Part shown: positions 49,570 to 56,390 of the stretch, in pieces
How positions within the stretch are numbered: the first letter of the stretch is position 1
How the letters are laid out: each line of letters starts with the position of its first letter
Assembly: GCA_013265495.1 (NCBI GenBank)
Contig: MU057999.1
Location: forward strand, 1,054,001-1,110,390
DNA length: 56,390 bases
Origin: Vicugna vicugna
Lineage: Eukaryota
Reading direction: 5' to 3'
Notes under the pieces: model-generated
The model's database searches: none
Seen by the model: only the letters and a program-made list of their open reading frames with translations
Told to the model about the DNA's origin: nothing
Made by a program: the position numbers and the translations under genes

Positions 49570-52500
49570 TAAACCACCTACGGTGTGTGTCTAGGGATCT
49601 CTTGGGGATCTTGTCCATGGTGTCCAAGCTTATTTTTTGTTGCAGAGAAGACAGTGCTAATTTTAAAAGATTCAGAAATAGCTCTGAAAGTGGACCACCA
49701 AACGCAGATAAGGAGAGAGACATAGGGCAATCAGTTGAGAAGATTTTGAAAGAAGTGCAAGTTTTTAGAAGCCACATCCAGTACTGCATTCACCGACACT
49801 GGTATCTCCATGGCTCTGGGCCAAGATTTCTTCCCACACTTTCAGTTCTCCTTCTGCAACGTGCATGGATTTGGAGACAGACCATGAGGAACTAAAGAAG
49901 AACCACTGTTTCTAGAAGAAAACCCATCCATAGCCGTAGTTCCTAAAAAAGATCTATGATACGGATGGTAACAGAAGACAAATTTCAGTCCCAAGAAATG
50001 TGTGCTCTCATCCATTTTACTGCATTGGAATAGAAACCCAGCCCAGCAGAGAACTAACTGCCTGAGATGCTCTCAGGGAATTTTATCTCAAGACTGAGCT
50101 AGAATTTTCATCTTCCTTTAATGGATCACTAGTTGAGTCAGTTGGGCAATGGATCCAGCCTTATTCATGTAACTGAATAAAATATTCCCAAATACAGTTC
50201 CTTTGGAAGTAATCTCTTTACTGCCCCCTCTGCTGTCTTTTCTGAATCTTTTTTTAAAAATGTGTTTGCTTTGTGTCCTCTTTCTACTTTTGTTTCCTTT
50301 TACAACATTCTTTGTCTTTTCTTCTTCCAATCATAGTAGCCATTGTTCAAGATCCCTCACGCACATCTGTAGCCTTCTTTGTAGCTCCTGTGTCTGGAAG
50401 TGCTTTGTTCACATCGATATTTTGAGGGCCATGGGGTTGCCACTTCCAATAATATTTTTGCTCCATAAAATATGTTGAGTCCAAGTCTTACAGACAGCTA
50501 CTCCATATATTATCTTTAGGGAGAAAGTCACCGTCCTTCCATTCACTGCCTCTCTTAATGCACTGAGAGGTCAAAAAGCCATCTGTGAAATTGGAAGTCA
50601 CATTTGAAAGCTTCCCCCATGAAACCACTATTTTCATGCTCTGATTTCCCTCTTAAAGAGCTCCAACCTCATAGCATCACCGTGGTGGGTACCGGGACTC
50701 TCCCTGCAGGGACACACCACTCTCTTGCTGCCAGCCCCTCCCGAGTCCCAGCCGGCTGACCGTAACCTGGTCCCCAGCAGTCTGTACAGATTTCCCACTG
50801 AATTTCATTACATATGTTACTGAATCACGACTTCCCCTTCTGGGCAGATAATCTTCTCTTCCCCCTTAGATGCTGACATACCTAAGGATCGTGCCTTGGA
50901 AGGCTGGATAGCAGATAAATCGGATTACTCGTAGGGGCTCAGGTTTCTCCAGTACAGTTGAAAGCGTGTTGGGGAAGAGCCCTTTCACTCCCGCACCCTG
51001 TTCCTCCGCATTGTTCATTGTTGTGTCATGTGGCCGTGGTGCTAGTGATTTTAATGTTGTTATTTATGTCATGAGCTTAGCGCAGCGTGTTCAGGACTGC
51101 ATTTCATCCCAGAGAGCACACGTCAGCCCCCTTCCCGCCTTTGTCCGGGGAGAAGGAAAGAGCGTTCTCACTTTATGACCCGCCTGGGGAATTGCTACTT
51201 GCCGCGAGCTCACCCACTGCTGGCCGCCTGTAAAAGGGCAATCACGGCCCCGCTCCATGCTTCACCTTCCATCTTTGTGTCGCCTTTGCTGATGCTGCCA
51301 TGTTTGCGCATTCTGCTTCGAGAAGGCTCGGTCCTCACCATGGCTCACCCTGTCTTGGGCAGGGATGATACATTTAGCCATTTATAAGGTGCCCAGCACC
51401 TTGGAATAAAGACTTCTGCCCAGTTGCTGCTAATCATCCTCTACCAGACACCCCTCTGCTCATGTTTCAGAAATTGCAAAGCTAATCCCTGTGGTTAATT
51501 CACTCTGCGTCCCTTGATGCAGTTTCAACAGGAGACACTCCGGGCTGGCATCCACCTGCCTTCACTCTCCAGTTCTTTTTCTCCTCCATCACTACTCCTG
51601 CTTGGCCCCAACCCTGCCTCACTGAGACTGACTTTACATTGCGCTGAAAGAGCTGATGTAAAGGTCAAATTTAAAAAAAAAAAAGAATTTTGTAAGGTGA
51701 AAGGTATACAGTGTAATTGGCAATATTTCCCTTCGCCACCTGGCAGATTGAGTGCAGGGGGCAGAATCTGGCTTGGATAATGGTAACACAACATGAGAAG
51801 AATTGGAAATCAGTTCTCCTTCCTTCATTCTGTTCCTTCCCTCCATCCCTCAACACAGTCTCATTGAATATTTTTTGCATGCTGGATGTGGAGTCCCAGA
51901 GGTGAGCAGACAGCCGCCCTGCTCTGAGGTCTGACAGTCTTAGAGAGAAACAGACCAGGCACGTGCTCACTGATTCACACAGCTCTGTGTACAAAGTTCG
52001 GGGCCAACACAGAGCAGCGTCCAGCTTCTCAGGGAGTGAGTCAGGGGATCAGGAAGACTTCACCAAGGAGATCACCTCTGGCCTGAGTGTTCAAGGATAG
52101 AAACTAGTAAAAAAAAAAAAAAGTCACTTTTTGTGAAACTCATGAGAGTGAGATGGAAGAGGGAAATTAAATGACTTAAGGAGGGAAATGAGCGTGACCT
52201 TCCAGCAGTCATGCGCTGCAGCCAGCTTGCTCTGTCTTGCGAGAGCCAACAGTGTGCCTCTGTTTCCAGCTCCGTGTTCAGTGACATCGTGTTTGTAGTT
52301 TGACATCAGCCATGGGAGGAGTCTTTATACCCTGAGAATCGGCAAATGCTACAAATCAGGGGTATTTGTTTCTCTGTTTTCTGGGGAGCCGGTTGTTGAA
52401 TGCTTACCCGGACACCCAACGTGCAAGGTAAATTCAAAGAGGTTGCAGAGGAACTGGCCCGTTTCTGCTGAGCGTAGGCCCAGAGGAAAGGGCTGTGTTT

Positions 52501-53511
52501 GTGGCAGAATTCAAGAAGGTCCTCGTTCATGAAACACTGGTTCCCTGCCTGTGATGGTGGTGGACACTGGAAAACACTCAGTGCCTAACCATCCCGGCCC
52601 GACATGCCATGGCCTGGCACAGTCCCACTCTGCGAGACGAGGGGCGGGGACAGAGCTAAGACGAGGGGCCGTAGAACATGTGGCCCTGGAGGTGGGGGAA
52701 GGAAAGGCTTGGTGGCCAGAGAGGATACAGGGAAGCAGGTTTGGAGGGCCCCTGAGGACGTGGAGGCTTTGGATGGGCTGGTGCTCTGCGCAGCACATGA
52801 GAACAAAGAGGAGGCTGCTGGGGAGGCATTTCCTGAGCGTAAGTTTCAAGGATTAAGCCTGGAGAATCAGGCTGAGGTTTAGAGATCTGGGGGCTGCGGT
52901 TTGGATTTGATCCTACAGAAGTGCTGAGCGGGTAGGTTCTGAGCAAGGTGGGTGGTGGGAATGAGGTGGGGAGAAGGTGGTAGGTGCTGTGTTTAGACTG
53001 GACTGGAAGAGGTGATGGGGAAGGGTGGGCAAGAACTAGGAGGCAATGAGACCAGTTGTGGGGCTTGGAAATGTGGAGAGAGTTTGAGATGGCCATTGCT
53101 GGGACCACGGGTGCTCAGGAAGGCTGCACTGCAGCAAGTCAACTGATCTAAATCAGAATGTATCCAAACACGGCAAATGGAGAGGCTGGTGGGCTTGGTG
53201 ACTGGCATTGATGGAAAGGCACGGCAGAGGGCGCAAGGTAATTTCACATGCGAGATGAGAGAGAGGTGGTGAGTGCGCTGAAAGTGGCCTGGTGGAAGGA
53301 GGAAGGCCGATCCTTCCTCTTCCTGCAGGTGATGGGAATTACTGAAGTCGCTTGAGAGAGGGCGGCAGGCGATCAAGGTTGGTGCCTTTGGAGAATGTCA
53401 GCTGTTTGTAACCATGAATCTAATAGGAGTCCCCAGGAGTTGACCTATGGAGTTCTGATCCACTGGTTAATTCTGATTGGTTTGATCTGTAGACATGCCC
53501 AGAGCATAAAC

Positions 53512-53600
53512 CAGGGCTGCTGGTATCATTGGGCCTTATGGCATGAATAGCACTACTGGGTTGTGCAGTGTGCAACCGATACAACTGTGTAGCAGCCCTG
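53512..53600. mobile_element. MER91-like mini hAT element
   Basis: Perfect 10-bp TIRs cagggctgct / agcagccctg; internal ttgtgcagtgtgcaacc; degenerate TSD agcataaa / agcatgac. Confidence 0.65.
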
Positions 53601-54029
53601 AGCATGACAAATGCACAAAACTATAGGTAGGGGTGTCACCAGAAGGTGTCATCCAAGGGGAGAGATGCCAACTGTATTTTAATTCGTAAACACATCCTCC
53701 CCTGACTCCAGCAGCTGCCGGTTCAGCATTTCCACAGATGGCTTGTCGTGAAGGAGAGGAGGCCTGCTGTGAGAGGGCTGAGTAAGGAGAGCTGGGGAAA
53801 GGGAATTCGTGCTGGATACGGAGGCAGGCGGGCCAGCGAGGCCCACCACTTGTGCCTTAGAAAAAGAGGAGGGGTTTCTTGGGGATGACTTGGTAGAAAG
53901 CCACCTGCCAGCCTGACTCTCCTGGGCTCATTCAGAGTGAGGATGGACAGCGTGAGGGTCGCCTCAGACTGGAGCAGAGTCGCAGCAGGAAGGGTTTCTA
54001 GAGCAGTAAATCAAATAGATGTCGTCAGT

Positions 54030-54295
54030 AATAATAATGAATATAGCTGGCACGGACTGAACCCTCACCGTGTACATACTTTACAAGCATAGTCTCATTA
54101 AACCCTCATAATAGCTCGGTTAGCCCTGGGAATTAGCGTGTGTGTGTGTGTGTGTGTGTGTGAGTGTATGTGAATGTGTAAACTGGTAAGGATTTAGAGG
54201 ACAGCTTGCCACAGGCCCTGCTGCCAGTTGAGCTAATGGTAGAGCAAGAATTGAAACCCAGAGATGGTTGATCTTAGTCTGATGAATGTAACTGT
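54030..54295 (-). mobile_element. MIR containing a (GT)n microsatellite
   Basis: aataataatg...ctttacaagcatagtctcattaaaccctcataa...cttgccacagg...ctaatggtagagcaagaattgaaaccca. Confidence 0.65.
54138..54162. repeat. (GT)12 microsatellite
   Basis: Uninterrupted GT run followed by degenerate copies. Confidence 0.95.
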
Positions 54296-55389
54296 CACTA
54301 CCTGCCGTTTTCACTACTGTTCTGGAAAAAAGCAGCCATGCACACAGGGACATCGCTCCTGAGAGAGAACTCTGTCTAGCGGCTTGGACTCCCCAAGCGC
54401 CTTGGCTGAGAATGATGGTACTTTCTCCTAGACTTTCGGATGCCCATGTGATGGTACCACAAAGTTGTCCCCCATTCCCTGGGGAGGGCACAATCTTCCC
54501 AGAACACCCTTGTCCCGTCCTCTGGTCCAGTCCTCCTATTCTGGCTTGATCAGTTATTGCCTGAAGAAGGACGGTAATGAGGACCAAGATATTTAGCATT
54601 GCAAATCATCTGTGCCTGCTCTGTGAAGGAAATAATAAGTAACATCTAGGTATATGGTTGTCTAATGACCACAAAAAGCTGTGAGAAGAGAGAAAACTCA
54701 TTTGCTCTTACCAGCTAGGGAGTAAGTATTGTGGGCACCATGGCTATTAATTAGATTCCATCTCATTTGCCAACGCTGGTAGCCTGATAGTGGGTACCTG
54801 GGGAACTCTGCTGAGAAGGAGAAATAGGATTGTGATCAATTAGTAATGTCTGTCCTGGGTGCAGGGTCAGGAGGTGGTGGAGCGCCGGCCATGGTCTTAC
54901 TATCCCTGGATTAGCCACAACCTGTCTTGCATAGGCTGGTCTGGAAATCATACTGTAAAACTGAGTTTAAATTCATTCTTCCAAAGTTTCTTTTCTGGTG
55001 GAAGCTTGAATTAGTAACTAGAAGCTCCGCTTTCCTTTTCTCTCCCCTAAGGCAGTTTGTGACTTCAAAATGCTGCTAAAAAAAAAAAAAAGAGGCAATT
55101 GTGTGTAGATCCATGCTGCACATGGCCAACAGCTAGTGCTCGAAATACCTGCTGGCAGGTTGGATGTTTCATTTTCAAAAATTGAAAATTCTTCCCTTCT
55201 GATTTTATATATAATAGTTGAGGCATTTAATGCTGCTGAACTATTTTTTCCTCTCTTCCTCGATTTGTCAAGGAAGGTAGGGAAGAGCATCTGGCAAGGA
55301 GCTGAAACTTGTAGAGAATAATTTAGCAGCTGTCTGGGAGGGCAGTGACAGGAACTGGCTAAATGGCTCTCCGCTGACAGCCTCGAGGG

Positions 55390-55561
55390 CTGTGGTTCTC
55401 AAAATGGGGCATCAGAATCGCCCTCAGGCATGTTAAAACCCAAGTCACGGGGCTCTCCCTACCAAGTTTCTGATCCAGTAGGTTTAGGTGGGGCTCGAAA
55501 ATCCGCATTTTCTAACAAGTTGCCAGGTGATGCCGCAGGCTTCACACTTTGAGAACCACAG
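55390..55561. mobile_element. MER5A-like MITE with perfect 14-bp TIRs
   Basis: ctgtggttctcaaa (55390-55403) ... tttgagaaccacag (55548-55561); internal catcagaatc and tttctaacaagttgccaggtgatgc. Confidence 0.85.
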
Positions 55562-56291
55562 CTGAGAGCCACTGACACTGAAGCTGGCCTGAAGCTGGTG
55601 AGGGGTCCTAGCCAAGAGGAGGTCCAGCTGTAGGCGAGGATCCAAGGTCAGCTGCAGACATGCTCCAATCCGAGTCCAGCCAGACCAAAATTAGGTTGCC
55701 TGAAATGACTGTCAGTCAAGGAGCTGCCTGAGAAGAATCAACCATAACCACTACCCAGTCATTTCCTATAAGTATCTATTTTAAATATAATGTTAATGCT
55801 TGATTTGTTGAAAACATTTTTCAGTTACTAATTTTTATGGAAAGGATAAAAAATGGATGGCCATGATTTGGAGCTTATGTAAAAGGAAGGTCTTTAGAGC
55901 TCAGATCATGCAGGTCAAAGCACCGCAGACCTCAGATTCTAGCCCTCATTACAGGAAGGGTGTCCGAAAAGCAAAACTAGTTTTCTGAGCCGAGTATAAG
56001 GAACCCAAAGTCAGTCACAGGTGACAGCAGTCAGATGGTAAGTGACACAAGGCCTTGGTTTTCTGTTTGTTACTTGTCTGAGGCCCACTGACTCCCATTC
56101 CCTAGGAGCCTTTTGGGGTGCTGGAGGGCCGGAACCCCCAGACTTTTGTGTCCTGGACTTACCTGGAGACACCCTCCATGCCCAGGTACCGGCTGCAGGG
56201 CTTCCTACACCCCTGGCAAGGCGCCCTGCTGTGTCTCAGGTCAGTCCCACTGGGTTGCAGAAACCTGCTTTTCTCCCTTTTCTCTTCCAGT

Positions 56292-56390
56292 ACCCACCCT
56301 CACTCCCCACCCCGCATCCTCACCCACACCCCAACTCCCCATCCCTACCTCCACCCCCACACCCCTACCCTCACCCCACTCCCCACCTCC
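56292..56390. repeat. C-rich low-complexity tract (G-rich on the - strand), runs off the window end
   Basis: Repeated CCC(C)AC / CCCTCAC / CTCCCC units. Confidence 0.8.

Overview
Mammalian genomic DNA. It is almost certainly from a camelid (alpaca, llama or camel), judged from six copies of a tRNA-derived SINE carrying the 'cctaattacc' tail that I recognise as the camelid Vic-1 type. The window holds six internal coding exons of the ephrin receptor tyrosine kinase EPHB1 on the + strand (exons 5-10 by analogy to human): 598-933, 25133-25257, 32341-32503, 36443-36551, 37438-37502 and 49334-49456. They splice with GT-AG boundaries and matching phases into one open frame covering FN3-1, FN3-2, the TM helix, the juxtamembrane region and the kinase start. 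The rest is intron, containing SINEs, L1 3' ends (one with a twin-priming 5' inversion), L2, CR1/L3, MIR, ERVL LTRs and hAT MITEs. Nearly all ORFs in the supplied track are spurious or TE relics. I see no convincing wholly new biological system. The best leads are a weak AAG acceptor with an in-frame tandem CAG at exon 10, a stop codon built into the intron 8 donor right after the TM, clustered substitutions in a CpG-rich exon 7, the inverted L1, and several motif-dense candidate neural enhancers (POU/homeodomain sites). Repeat family names and the human comparison come from memory, not from a search, and repeat boundaries are approximate.
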